DNA of 64,000 bases from NCBI GenBank assembly GCA_023267215.1, contig JAHFNS010000001.1, forward strand, positions 98,736 to 162,735. The letters are read 5' to 3'. The notes under the pieces were generated by a model that was not told where the DNA came from, did not search any database, and saw nothing but the letters and a program-made list of their open reading frames with translations. Made by a program: the position numbers and the translations under genes. Source of the stretch: Candidatus Nomurabacteria bacterium. Lineage in GTDB: Bacteria; Patescibacteriota; Minisyncoccia; Phycocordibacterales; UBA9973. Position 1 is the stretch's first letter, and each line of letters begins with the position of its first letter. Positions 8,859-17,768 of the stretch are shown here, in pieces.

Positions 8859-9962
8859 ATGAGAGAAAGAAAAGTAGATAAATTTTTTTTAGTAATAGTT
8901 TTTATTTTGATTGTTGTTGGTTTTGCGATGTTTATCTCTGCTTCTTTGGGTATTTTAAATAAGAGCGAAAGTACTTTTTATTCTGTGCTTATTAGTCAAC
9001 TTATCCTTGGTTTTGGATTCGGTTTTTTGGGAATGTATTTTGCTTATAAAATTGATTACAAATTTTGGCGTAAATATTCTTTTTATATTTTTTTAGGTTC
9101 TGTGCTTTTAACAGCTGCTGTTTTCATTCCTTTTTTAGGCTGGAGTCATTTAGGAGCAACAAGATGGATAGAGTTAGGACCTTTGAGATTTCAACCAGCT
9201 GAATTTTTAAAATTTGGTTTTGTAATTTATTTTGCCGCTTGGCTTTCTTGGGCAAAAAATAAAGTGCAAGACTTCAAATTTGGTATTTTACCACTTGGTA
9301 TATTATTGGCCATTATCGCTTTTATTTTATTTAATCAACCAGATACGAAAAGTTTTATTTTAATTGCAATAACAGGCATATGTATGCTTTTTATCTCTGG
9401 TGTATCAATGAAATATTTATTACTAATTGGTATAGGGTCTATCGTAGTTCTCGGTTCTCTGGTATATTTTACTCCTTATCTTCAAAGTCGGGTAAAAACA
9501 TTTATTGATCCTTCTCAAGATCCACAAGGCTCTTCTTATCAAATACAACAATCTTTAATTGCGATTGGTTCAGGTGGAATCTTTGGCAGGGGATATGGTC
9601 AAAGTATTCAAAAATTTAGTTATTTACCTGAACCACAAGGAGATTCTATTTTTGCTGTTATTGGAGAAGAATTAGGTTTTGCAGGAGGAGTTTCCATAAT
9701 TTTACTTTATTTAATTTTTTTATTACGTGGTCTTAAAATTGCTAATAATTCTCCCGATTTATTTAGTAGACTTTTGGTTTCTGGAATTGTTATACTAATA
9801 GTGGCGCAATCGTTTATGAATATCGCTTCAATTACTGGAGTTTTTCCGTTGACAGGAGTGCCACTACCTTTTATGAGTCATGGCGGAACTTCATTAATGA
9901 TTTATCTTATAGCGATGGGTATCGTTTTTCGAATATCAAAATATCAACATAAAAATATATGA
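8859..9962 (+). CDS. ftsW: SEDS peptidoglycan polymerase FtsW
   Basis: GATRW, FQPAEFLK, LPEPQGDSIF, GVPLPFMSHGGTS; between mraY and murG. Confidence 0.92.
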   Translation: MRERKVDKFFLVIVFILIVVGFAMFISASLGILNKSESTFYSVLISQLILGFGFGFLGMYFAYKIDYKFWRKYSFYIFLGSVLLTAAVFIPFLGWSHLGATRWIELGPLRFQPAEFLKFGFVIYFAAWLSWAKNKVQDFKFGILPLGILLAIIAFILFNQPDTKSFILIAITGICMLFISGVSMKYLLLIGIGSIVVLGSLVYFTPYLQSRVKTFIDPSQDPQGSSYQIQQSLIAIGSGGIFGRGYGQSIQKFSYLPEPQGDSIFAVIGEELGFAGGVSIILLYLIFLLRGLKIANNSPDLFSRLLVSGIVILIVAQSFMNIASITGVFPLTGVPLPFMSHGGTSLMIYLIAMGIVFRISKYQHKNI

Positions 9963-11089
9963 AAATAGTATTTACAGGAGGAGGAACAGGTGGGCATTTT
10001 TATCCGATTATTGCTGTTGCTCAAAAAGTTAATCAAATAATAGATAAAGAAAAAATAATAGGAGTAAAACTCTACTATATTTCTGATAGTCCATATGACA
10101 AAGAAATGCTTTTTGAAAATGGACTTATATATGAAGAAGTAAGTTCTGGAAAGATGCGTATCTATTTTTCTTTTAAAAATTTTACCGATATTTTTAAAAT
10201 GTTTTTTGGTACGATTAATGCAATTTATAAACTATTTACAATTTATCCAGATGTTGTTTTTGGTAAAGGTGGATATGGTTCATTTCCGACAATTTTAGCA
10301 GCGAGGATTTTACATATTCCTATTGTTATTCACGAATCAGATTCTGCTCCAGGGCGAGTGAATAAATGGGCTGGTCATTTTGCTAAAAAGATTGCTCTTT
10401 CTTTTAAAGAAGCGGCAGAGTATTTTCCAAAAAATAAAGTGGCATGGACGGGACAACCAATTTTAGTTGAAAAAGAACATAAAGCACCACAAAAAGAAGC
10501 ATTGGAATATTTTAAATTAGAATCAAATTTACCTGTCGTATTTATTTTAGGTGGTTCTCAAGGTGCAGAAATTATAAATAATACAATATTAGAAGCACTT
10601 CCTAGATTAATAAAGAATTTTCAAATAATTCACCAGACGGGAATAAATAATTATAATAATGTTGTCGGACAAGCGAAAGTTATTTTAGAATCCAATCAAG
10701 AAAAAATAAGATATTTACCTTTTGCTTACCTGAATCCTTTAGAAATGAAAATGGCTGCTGGGGTGGCAACAATCATTGTTTCTCGGGCAGGTTCAACTAT
10801 TTTTGAAATAGCTTCTTGGAATGTGCCATCTATTTTAATTCCTTTTACTAATTCAAATGCAGATCATTCAAGAAAAAACGCATTTAATTATGCACATACA
10901 GGAGCATGTGATGTGATAGAAGAAGCAAATATGACGGCTAATATTTTAAGTTCTGAAATTGAAAGAATAATAGAAGATAAAGAAGTTTGGAATAAAATGA
11001 CAGAAGCTACAAAAAATTTCAATAAACCCGATGCAGCTCTCAAAATCGCTCGCGAACTCGTAGACATAGCTCTTGCACATGAGAAATAA
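9959..11089 (+). CDS. murG: Lipid I N-acetylglucosamine transferase
   Basis: GGGTGGH, KGGYGS, GGSQGA, SRAGS. Confidence 0.96.
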   Translation: MKIVFTGGGTGGHFYPIIAVAQKVNQIIDKEKIIGVKLYYISDSPYDKEMLFENGLIYEEVSSGKMRIYFSFKNFTDIFKMFFGTINAIYKLFTIYPDVVFGKGGYGSFPTILAARILHIPIVIHESDSAPGRVNKWAGHFAKKIALSFKEAAEYFPKNKVAWTGQPILVEKEHKAPQKEALEYFKLESNLPVVFILGGSQGAEIINNTILEALPRLIKNFQIIHQTGINNYNNVVGQAKVILESNQEKIRYLPFAYLNPLEMKMAAGVATIIVSRAGSTIFEIASWNVPSILIPFTNSNADHSRKNAFNYAHTGACDVIEEANMTANILSSEIERIIEDKEVWNKMTEATKNFNKPDAALKIARELVDIALAHEK

Positions 11090-11182
11090 TTGTGATATAA
11101 TATACTTAGTTAATTAGTATCTTGATAGTTTAATAATCAAAGTTTTTAGAATTTCACTATATTCCAAAAAGAAGAGGTGTTT

Positions 11183-11482
11183 ATGTTAAAAGTAAATGAA
11201 GTTGCAAGCCAAGAGGAATTTATATCTTGGTATGTTGATTCACAAATCTATAAATTTAAAGATCCGATTTGGGTTTTTAAATTATTAGAATTTCCTTCTA
11301 TTTTAGAAAATGAAATTGGAGGGAAATTGATTGATGCTTTTTTAGCATTTATCGAAGAAAAAGGGAAAGTCTTTCAACCAGAGACTTCCAATATGTATAT
11401 TTTCAAAAGAGCTATAATCTTAGCTTTAAGAGAAAAATATTTCACTATTCAGCAAGAAGAAATCTCAAAAATAGTAGAATAA
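11183..11482 (+). CDS. Hypothetical protein (ORFan-like)
   Basis: Open frame after TGaTATAAT (11093-11101) and GAGGTG; GTG at 11177 is an alternative start. Confidence 0.6.
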   Translation: MLKVNEVASQEEFISWYVDSQIYKFKDPIWVFKLLEFPSILENEIGGKLIDAFLAFIEEKGKVFQPETSNMYIFKRAIILALREKYFTIQQEEISKIVE

Positions 11483-11514
11483 TCAAGATTTTTAAATTTC
11501 AAACAGGAGAAAAA

Positions 11515-11748
11515 ATGGAAAAGAAAGAAGGTTGGTTTTTAGAATATGAAAAATTTTCTGGGCATGATTCACTGCATGAACCAACATATTCTAATGTAAG
11601 TGTTGCTTTAGAAGTTGGAGATGATGGAGCAAATGAAATTGCACTTATCACTGCGACTACACAAGCTTTAGAAATTGTTGCAAAAGAAGGCTTAGAATCA
11701 AATAATCCTTCTTTGGCTTGGAAAATGCCTCTAAAAGTTAAAAAATGA
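11515..11748 (+). CDS. Hypothetical protein (ORFan-like)
   Basis: 77-aa ORF with AGGAG Shine-Dalgarno, followed by a terminator. Confidence 0.65.
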   Translation: MEKKEGWFLEYEKFSGHDSLHEPTYSNVSVALEVGDDGANEIALITATTQALEIVAKEGLESNNPSLAWKMPLKVKK

Positions 11749-11752
11749 ATGA

Positions 11753-11788
11753 AAAAGTCCGATGTACTATCGGACTTTTCTTATTTTT
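11753..11788 (+). terminator. Intrinsic terminator
   Basis: AAAAGTCCGAT-gtact-ATCGGACTTTT followed by a T-rich tract. Confidence 0.8.
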
Positions 11789-11822
11789 GGTAAAAAATTA
11801 ACTAAAATGGTAGAATATGTAT

Positions 11823-13247
11823 ATGGAAAATAAAGTTGTCACACGATTTGCACCTTCACCTACAGGTTTTATGCATGTTGGTAATTTAAGAACTGCTCTC
11901 TATGCTTATTTATGGGCCAAGAAAAACAATGGCATTTTTATATTACGTATTGAAGATACAGATAAAGAAAGGGAAGTACAAGGTTCTATTTCACATATTT
12001 TAAAAGTTTTAGAATGGGTAGGTATTAACTGGGATGAAGGCCCAAATGTCGGTGGACCACATGCTCCATATTTGCAATCAGAAAGATTAGATTTATATAA
12101 AAAATATGCACAAATTTTAATTGATAAAGGTTTGGCATATCCTGACCCATACACTGAAGAAGAAGTAGGAATTTTCCGTGATACTGCAGAGCTTGCAAAG
12201 AAACCATTTTTATATAGAGAACACAGACCAGAAGTTTTTGAAAAATGGGATGGAACTAAACCTTTGAGATTTAAAACTCCTCTAATAAAAAGTTATAAAT
12301 GGAATGATTTAGTTTATGGCGAACTTTCGGGAGGTCCTGAAGCACTTGATGATTTTATTTTAATAAAAAGTGATGGATATCCAACATACAATTTTGCTCA
12401 CATTATAGATGATATAGAAATGGGTATTACTCATGTAATGCGTGGACAAGAATTTATTTCTTCTGTACCTAAATTTTTGTCTCTTTATGATGCATTAGGT
12501 ATTTCATATCCTCTTTTTGCAACCTTGCCACCAATTATGGGCGAAGGAGGAAATAAAAAATTAGGCAAAAGAGATGGAGCTAAAGATGTTTTAGAATATA
12601 AAAATGAAGGATATTTACCTTTCGCAATGGTGAATTTTTTAGCTTTGCTTGGTTGGAATCCGGGAGATGAAAGAGAAATTTTCAGTATGGATGAATTGAT
12701 AAAGATTTTTGATATTTCTAGAATAGGGCATTCAGGCGCTCAATGGAATGATGACAAGCTTGATTGGATAAATAAAGAACATATTAAAATACTTGCCTTA
12801 AAAAATCCTGAAGAATTAAAAAATAATATTTTTGCATATTTACCAGATGAATTGAAAATAGAAAAATTAATTCCTGTTATTACAGAAAGGATTTCTAAAT
12901 GGAGTGATGTAAAAGTAATGCTAGAAAAAGGGGAGTTAGATTTCTTTTATAAAATGCCAAAATATTCTAAAGAAAAACTAATTTATAAAAATATAAAATT
13001 AGAAAAAATTTCTAAAAATATTTCACAAGCAGTGTCAGAATTAGAAAAAATAAATGAAAAAGATTTTATATTAGAAAATATAAAAAAAGTATTGATGCAG
13101 GTAGCAAATACTTTAGAAAGTAGGGGAGAACTGTTGCATCCTGTAAGGTATGCCCTCTCAGGTCTTGATAAATCACCAGATCCATTCGTTATTGCTGAGA
13201 TTTTAGGTAAAAATGAAACTTTATTACGATTACAAAAGGCTATATAA
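11823..13247 (+). CDS. gltX: Glutamate--tRNA ligase
   Basis: RFAPSPTG, HVGN, RIEDTD, KLGKR; ATG at 11823 lies 6 nt after TGgTAGAAT. Confidence 0.96.
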   Translation: MENKVVTRFAPSPTGFMHVGNLRTALYAYLWAKKNNGIFILRIEDTDKEREVQGSISHILKVLEWVGINWDEGPNVGGPHAPYLQSERLDLYKKYAQILIDKGLAYPDPYTEEEVGIFRDTAELAKKPFLYREHRPEVFEKWDGTKPLRFKTPLIKSYKWNDLVYGELSGGPEALDDFILIKSDGYPTYNFAHIIDDIEMGITHVMRGQEFISSVPKFLSLYDALGISYPLFATLPPIMGEGGNKKLGKRDGAKDVLEYKNEGYLPFAMVNFLALLGWNPGDEREIFSMDELIKIFDISRIGHSGAQWNDDKLDWINKEHIKILALKNPEELKNNIFAYLPDELKIEKLIPVITERISKWSDVKVMLEKGELDFFYKMPKYSKEKLIYKNIKLEKISKNISQAVSELEKINEKDFILENIKKVLMQVANTLESRGELLHPVRYALSGLDKSPDPFVIAEILGKNETLLRLQKAI

Positions 13248-14505
13248 GCTTATAATAATACTATTTCTAGGAATTTTAGTGGTATTTCCTATTATTTTTT
13301 CTTATGCACAGACAGTAGGAGAGTTAAATAGTAAGATAAATCAAAAAAATGTAGATATAGACAAATTAGAACAAGAGATCAAACAATACCAAGCACAAAT
13401 AGATGACCTGGGAAAACAGAAAAATTCTCTAAATGGCTCTATTAAACAATTGGATTTAACTAAAAAAAAGTTGGTTGCAGATATAGCTGTTACTCAGAAT
13501 AAAATAGACAAAACAAATTTAAAAATAAAAGAATTAAGTTTACAAATAAATGATAAAGAAAGTGTTATTTCAAACAATCTAAATGCCCTATCTCTTGATA
13601 TTAAAAAGATAAATGAATTTGATCAAAATGATGCAGTAGAAACTATTTTATCAGAAAATAATTTTACAGTAATTTGGAATGATATAGATAATATGGCCAC
13701 ATTAAGTAATTCTATTAGAGTTGAAACAGCTAAATTAAGAGAGGTGAAAAGTATTTTAGAAAGTACCAGAAAAGAAACAACAGATGCAAAAAATGAGTTG
13801 TTGGTACTTAAATCTAAATTAGCCGACCAGAAAAAAATTGTAGAGCAAAATACAAAAGATAAAAATAAACTTTTAGCTCAGACAAAAAATAGCGAAGCTA
13901 ATTATCAAAAATTATTAATGGACAGGTTAGCCAAAAAAGATGCTTTTGAAAAAGAATTGCGCAATTATGAATCACAGTTAAAATATATTCTTGATCCATC
14001 TTCGCTTCCTAGCGCAGGAGTATTAAGTTGGCCAGTTGATAATGTATATATTACTCAATATTTTGGTAAGACAGAAGCAGGGAAACGTCTTTATGCTAAT
14101 GGAACACACAATGGTGTAGATTTTCGTGCTTCCATAGGTACACCTATTAAAGCTATGGCAGACGGTGTAGTGGCAGGTACTGGAGACACAGATGTGCAAT
14201 GTAATGGAGTTTCTTTTGGACGTTTTATTTTAATTAAATATGAGAATGGCCTTGCTAGTACTTTTGGACATTTATCACTTATAAAAGTAAGCACAGGAGA
14301 AAAAGTGTATCGTGGTCAAATTGTTGGTTATAGTGGCAACACTGGTTACTCTACAGGTCCTCATCTACATGTTTCTATTTATGCAAAAGATGCTGTTGAG
14401 TTAAAAACTTTACCAAGTAAATCTTGTCCGGGAAGAGTTTTAACTCAACCGATATCACCAATCAATGCTTATCTAGATCCTATGTATTATCTACCTCATT
14501 TATAA
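13213..14505 (+). CDS. M23 peptidase with coiled coil (murein hydrolase/activator)
   Basis: Signal/TM segment, long coiled coil, HNGVD, STGPHLH. Confidence 0.9.
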   Translation: MKLYYDYKRLYKLIIILFLGILVVFPIIFSYAQTVGELNSKINQKNVDIDKLEQEIKQYQAQIDDLGKQKNSLNGSIKQLDLTKKKLVADIAVTQNKIDKTNLKIKELSLQINDKESVISNNLNALSLDIKKINEFDQNDAVETILSENNFTVIWNDIDNMATLSNSIRVETAKLREVKSILESTRKETTDAKNELLVLKSKLADQKKIVEQNTKDKNKLLAQTKNSEANYQKLLMDRLAKKDAFEKELRNYESQLKYILDPSSLPSAGVLSWPVDNVYITQYFGKTEAGKRLYANGTHNGVDFRASIGTPIKAMADGVVAGTGDTDVQCNGVSFGRFILIKYENGLASTFGHLSLIKVSTGEKVYRGQIVGYSGNTGYSTGPHLHVSIYAKDAVELKTLPSKSCPGRVLTQPISPINAYLDPMYYLPHL

Positions 14506-14547
14506 TATATATTGCAGAAGGCATACAATAAGTGGTAAAATAAATAC

Positions 14548-14685
14548 ATGATTAATAAAACAGAAGGCGGTTTTTTGAAGATAATTATAATTATTCTTGT
14601 TGCTTTTATTTTAATGAAATATCTTCATATTACTTTTTATGATATTTTTAATTGGATCAAGACATTATTTAATAGTGTTTTATAA
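14548..14685 (+). CDS. 45-aa small membrane protein with prepilin-like N-terminus (absent from the ORF track)
   Basis: MINKTEGGFLKIIIIILVAFILMKYLHITFYDIFNWIKTLFNSVL; TGgTAAAAT 6 nt upstream; stop abuts the next ATG. Confidence 0.7.
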   Translation: MINKTEGGFLKIIIIILVAFILMKYLHITFYDIFNWIKTLFNSVL

Positions 14686-15021
14686 ATGAAATTTACAATG
14701 AAAAAAGTAAATAAACAAAAAGGCGGTATAAGTATTTTGGGAATTATATTTTTAGGATTAATTTTAATTTTAATACTTAGTTATTTTAATATAAGTGTCA
14801 GATCAGTGGTAGAAAGTCCTACTGGACAAGATAACCTTAATTATGTCGGGGGAGGGACTAGAAATCTATGGAATGACTATCTCAAGAAACCAGCCGATTA
14901 TTTATGGAATGATATATTTGTAAATATCTTTTGGAAATCTTTTATTTCAAATATGGAACGTATTAGAGATGGCAAACCAACAGATTACGAAAATGCTGCT
15001 CCATTGTTTAATAGGAGTTAA
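14686..15021 (+). CDS. Hypothetical membrane protein with prepilin-like N-terminus
   Basis: KQKGG followed by a long hydrophobic helix. Confidence 0.75.
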   Translation: MKFTMKKVNKQKGGISILGIIFLGLILILILSYFNISVRSVVESPTGQDNLNYVGGGTRNLWNDYLKKPADYLWNDIFVNIFWKSFISNMERIRDGKPTDYENAAPLFNRS

Positions 15022-15076
15022 GTGTTGAGGGGACAGTCTTTTTGGGCTTATCTTTTTTGATAGTTTAATTAACATA

Positions 15077-15104
15077 GTGTCGCACAATATATGTTTTGGA
15101 CATG
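15077..15104. other. Candidate dif-like chromosome resolution site
   Basis: GTGTCGCACAA-TATATG-TTTTGGACATG, 11-6-11 layout, at the + to - gene orientation switch. Confidence 0.45.
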
Positions 15105-15129
15105 GTCTATCTGAAATAATGCAGTAATA

Positions 15130-15510
15130 TTATTTACACGAGTTAGAAAGCACATAGCCGGATTTCTCTGCCTCTAGAGACGTTGCAAAATATATTCTAT
15201 TTTCTTCTTTAATAGTTTTTCCTGCTCCACAACTTATAGAATAATATTTACTCCCCCGACTTGAAGCGAAAAAATTTCCAGAGTTTGATTTTTGAGAATC
15301 ATTTGAATTTTGAGGTAAAGTGGCTAAATTTTGATCTATGGCACCTATAGCATTGGCTTCTCCTCCGTTATATTCGATCTTAAGGCCCGAAGGCATTTCT
15401 TTTGATAGTCTACCTAATTCAAATGAGCCTAAACCGACCAAAATAATAATGATAATTACCAATATATCTTTACCTTTGTCGCTCTCTATAAATGACTTGA
15501 TTTTTTCCAT
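15130..15510 (-). CDS. Membrane-anchored protein with C-terminal Ada metal-binding-like domain
   Basis: TM helix then FFASSRGSKYY..C....IKEENRIYF..EAEKSGY..C. Confidence 0.7.
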   Translation of the reverse strand: MEKIKSFIESDKGKDILVIIIIILVGLGSFELGRLSKEMPSGLKIEYNGGEANAIGAIDQNLATLPQNSNDSQKSNSGNFFASSRGSKYYSISCGAGKTIKEENRIYFATSLEAEKSGYVLSNSCK

Positions 15511-15582
15511 ATAATTGTTTATACTTGATTTTACGTTGATTTGTAAGTAAATTTTAACATTTAATAATATAAAAATAAACAT

Positions 15583-15855
15583 ATGGCACATAGAAAAGCT
15601 GGCGGAACCGCGAAAAACTTAAGAGATTCAAATCCAAAATATCTTGGTACTAAACTTGCTGATGGACAAAAGGCACAACCTGGTTCTATTATTATCCGCC
15701 AACGCGGTACAGTGATTATGGCTGGTAATAACGTATCCATGGGCAAAGATCACACCTTATTTGCTTTAAAAGCTGGTACAGTCAAATTTGGCTCTAGACG
15801 TAAGATATCTTTTAATGGTAAAACGGTAGTTAAAAAGGTAGTAAATGTAGTTTAA
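15583..15855 (+). CDS. rpmA: 50S ribosomal protein L27
   Basis: [27 protein letters not shown]. Confidence 0.97.
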   Translation: MAHRKAGGTAKNLRDSNPKYLGTKLADGQKAQPGSIIIRQRGTVIMAGNNVSMGKDHTLFALKAGTVKFGSRRKISFNGKTVVKKVVNVV

Positions 15856-16295
15856 ATCCTTTCTATAATAAGCTTAAATGAAGATTTCTTGTTTTTTATA
15901 AGAATCGGAATTTCAAATTCCCCTATTTCTTTTATTTGTTTTTCTAAGACAATAAATTTTTCAGCTATTTCTGCATGACATTGTTTACTCATAGCCTCAA
16001 CTATCATTTTAGGATGAATAGCAGAAAACAGATGTCCTTTATCATCTGATTTTGCTTTTATATTGATAATCTTACCCTTTATCTCTTCTAAATTTTTCAT
16101 CAAAAGATCTTCTTGGACTTCCCTCTCTATTACAATTTCTTTTTTGTGTCTTTCGATTTCAGTTACTGCTTTTGCTGTTGCTAGTGTTGCCAATTTTTTA
16201 GGAAATAAAAAATTTATGGCATAGCCGTCATTTATTTCTTTTATGTCATATTTTTTTCCTACCCTTGGAACATCTTGTAAGAAAATTATTTTCAT
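15852..16295 (-). CDS. rplI: 50S ribosomal protein L9
   Basis: [25 protein letters not shown]. Confidence 0.93.
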   Translation of the reverse strand: MKIIFLQDVPRVGKKYDIKEINDGYAINFLFPKKLATLATAKAVTEIERHKKEIVIEREVQEDLLMKNLEEIKGKIINIKAKSDDKGHLFSAIHPKMIVEAMSKQCHAEIAEKFIVLEKQIKEIGEFEIPILIKNKKSSFKLIIERI

Positions 16296-16296
16296 A

Positions 16297-17508
16297 TTAT
16301 TTATTCAATAATTCTACAGCTTTATTTAACTGCACATCATTTTTATTTTCAATATCTTTTTTAGTAAAAGATACAACATAATCAGGATCTAGTCCTTTTT
16401 CAGATATGGATTTACCATTTGGAGTTAACCATTTAGCTACAGTGATTTTCAAAAGAGTATCTGGTGTTACCTTCACCATTTCCTGCACAGATCCTTTACC
16501 AAAACTTTTTTCCCCAACTAGAAAAGCTTTTTTGTAATCTTGCATGGCTCCAGCCAAAATTTCAGAAGCTGAAGCAGAACCTCCATCTATTAAGATGGCA
16601 AATTTCAATTTATCAGTAAATATATTATATCCTTCACTTCGATAAACTTTAGGCTTAGCATTACTACCATAATCTTCTGTAACAACTGTTTTTCCTCCTT
16701 CTAAAAACCAACTAGCCATACTTACGGCTGCATTCAAATATCCACCTGGATTACCCCTTAAATCTAGTATTAATTTATCTGATTTAGATGCAGAAAATTC
16801 TTTTATTGCATTTTGGAAAAGTTCGGCTGAATTAGCTGAAAAACTATATAATCTTATAACAAAAATTCCATCTTTTCTTGATTCAATATCAAGGGTTGGC
16901 ATATTTATTGTATCTCGCACCATTTTAACTTCTTTTGGATCTATATCTCCCTCATGAAAAATGGTAAGGGTTACAGTCGTACCAACATCACCTCTAATTA
17001 AATTTATAGCTTTTTCTATACTCATATCAGAAGTAGTTAAATTATTTATTTTTAGAATTTTATCACCAGATTTTATATTAGCTTTATAAGCTGGAGTATC
17101 TTTTAGAGGAGCAATGACTGTAAGTATCTTGTCTTTCATACCAATTTCAATACCAACTCCACCAAAATTTCCTTGTATACTATCTTGAAATAGTTTTGCA
17201 TCATCTGGTTTAAAAAATATGCTATATGGGTCATTTAAAGAGCTTACAAGGCCAGAAATAGCTCCATAAACTTTATTTTGATCTGTTATTTTACTAATAT
17301 TTGGATATTTGTCATTTATTTCGTTCCAAGCTTTCCAAAAAGGTGAAAAATCAGCTTCAGTGGAAACAGCTGTTTCTTTTCCTAAAACATTGACAACTTT
17401 ATTTATTTCTGGTCTATTATTTAAACCAATATAAGTGCCTAGACCAAAAAAAATAGCTACAAGTAATATAGTGGAAAAAGCACGTCTTGTTTGAAAATAT
17501 TCTAACAT
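16297..17508 (-). CDS. ctpA: Carboxyl-terminal processing protease (S41, PDZ)
   Basis: DLRGNPGG, SASASEI, SFGKGSVQ. Confidence 0.92.
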   Translation of the reverse strand: MLEYFQTRRAFSTILLVAIFFGLGTYIGLNNRPEINKVVNVLGKETAVSTEADFSPFWKAWNEINDKYPNISKITDQNKVYGAISGLVSSLNDPYSIFFKPDDAKLFQDSIQGNFGGVGIEIGMKDKILTVIAPLKDTPAYKANIKSGDKILKINNLTTSDMSIEKAINLIRGDVGTTVTLTIFHEGDIDPKEVKMVRDTINMPTLDIESRKDGIFVIRLYSFSANSAELFQNAIKEFSASKSDKLILDLRGNPGGYLNAAVSMASWFLEGGKTVVTEDYGSNAKPKVYRSEGYNIFTDKLKFAILIDGGSASASEILAGAMQDYKKAFLVGEKSFGKGSVQEMVKVTPDTLLKITVAKWLTPNGKSISEKGLDPDYVVSFTKKDIENKNDVQLNKAVELLNK

Positions 17509-17511
17509 AAA

Positions 17512-17730
17512 TTATATTTTATCATTAAAATCTCTATTTTCAGAAAAATTATCAAAAGTCTTTTCTTCCTTCTCTCCTGTCTTTTCATTATTATAAATTA
17601 AATAACTAAAATAAATGATCACTAAACCAGTGATAGAAAAGATTATATTCTTTAGAGAAAGTGGAAATCCTAAATAAGGCAATATAGCTATCCAAATACC
17701 TAAAATAAAGACTATTTTTATTTTGCTCAT
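17512..17730 (-). CDS. Small two-TM hypothetical protein
   Basis: Two hydrophobic helices (LPYLGFP); ATG 7 nt after TATAAT. Confidence 0.7.
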   Translation of the reverse strand: MSKIKIVFILGIWIAILPYLGFPLSLKNIIFSITGLVIIYFSYLIYNNEKTGEKEEKTFDNFSENRDFNDKI

Positions 17731-17768
17731 AGTTACTATTATACCGCATTTATTAATAAAAAACAAAA

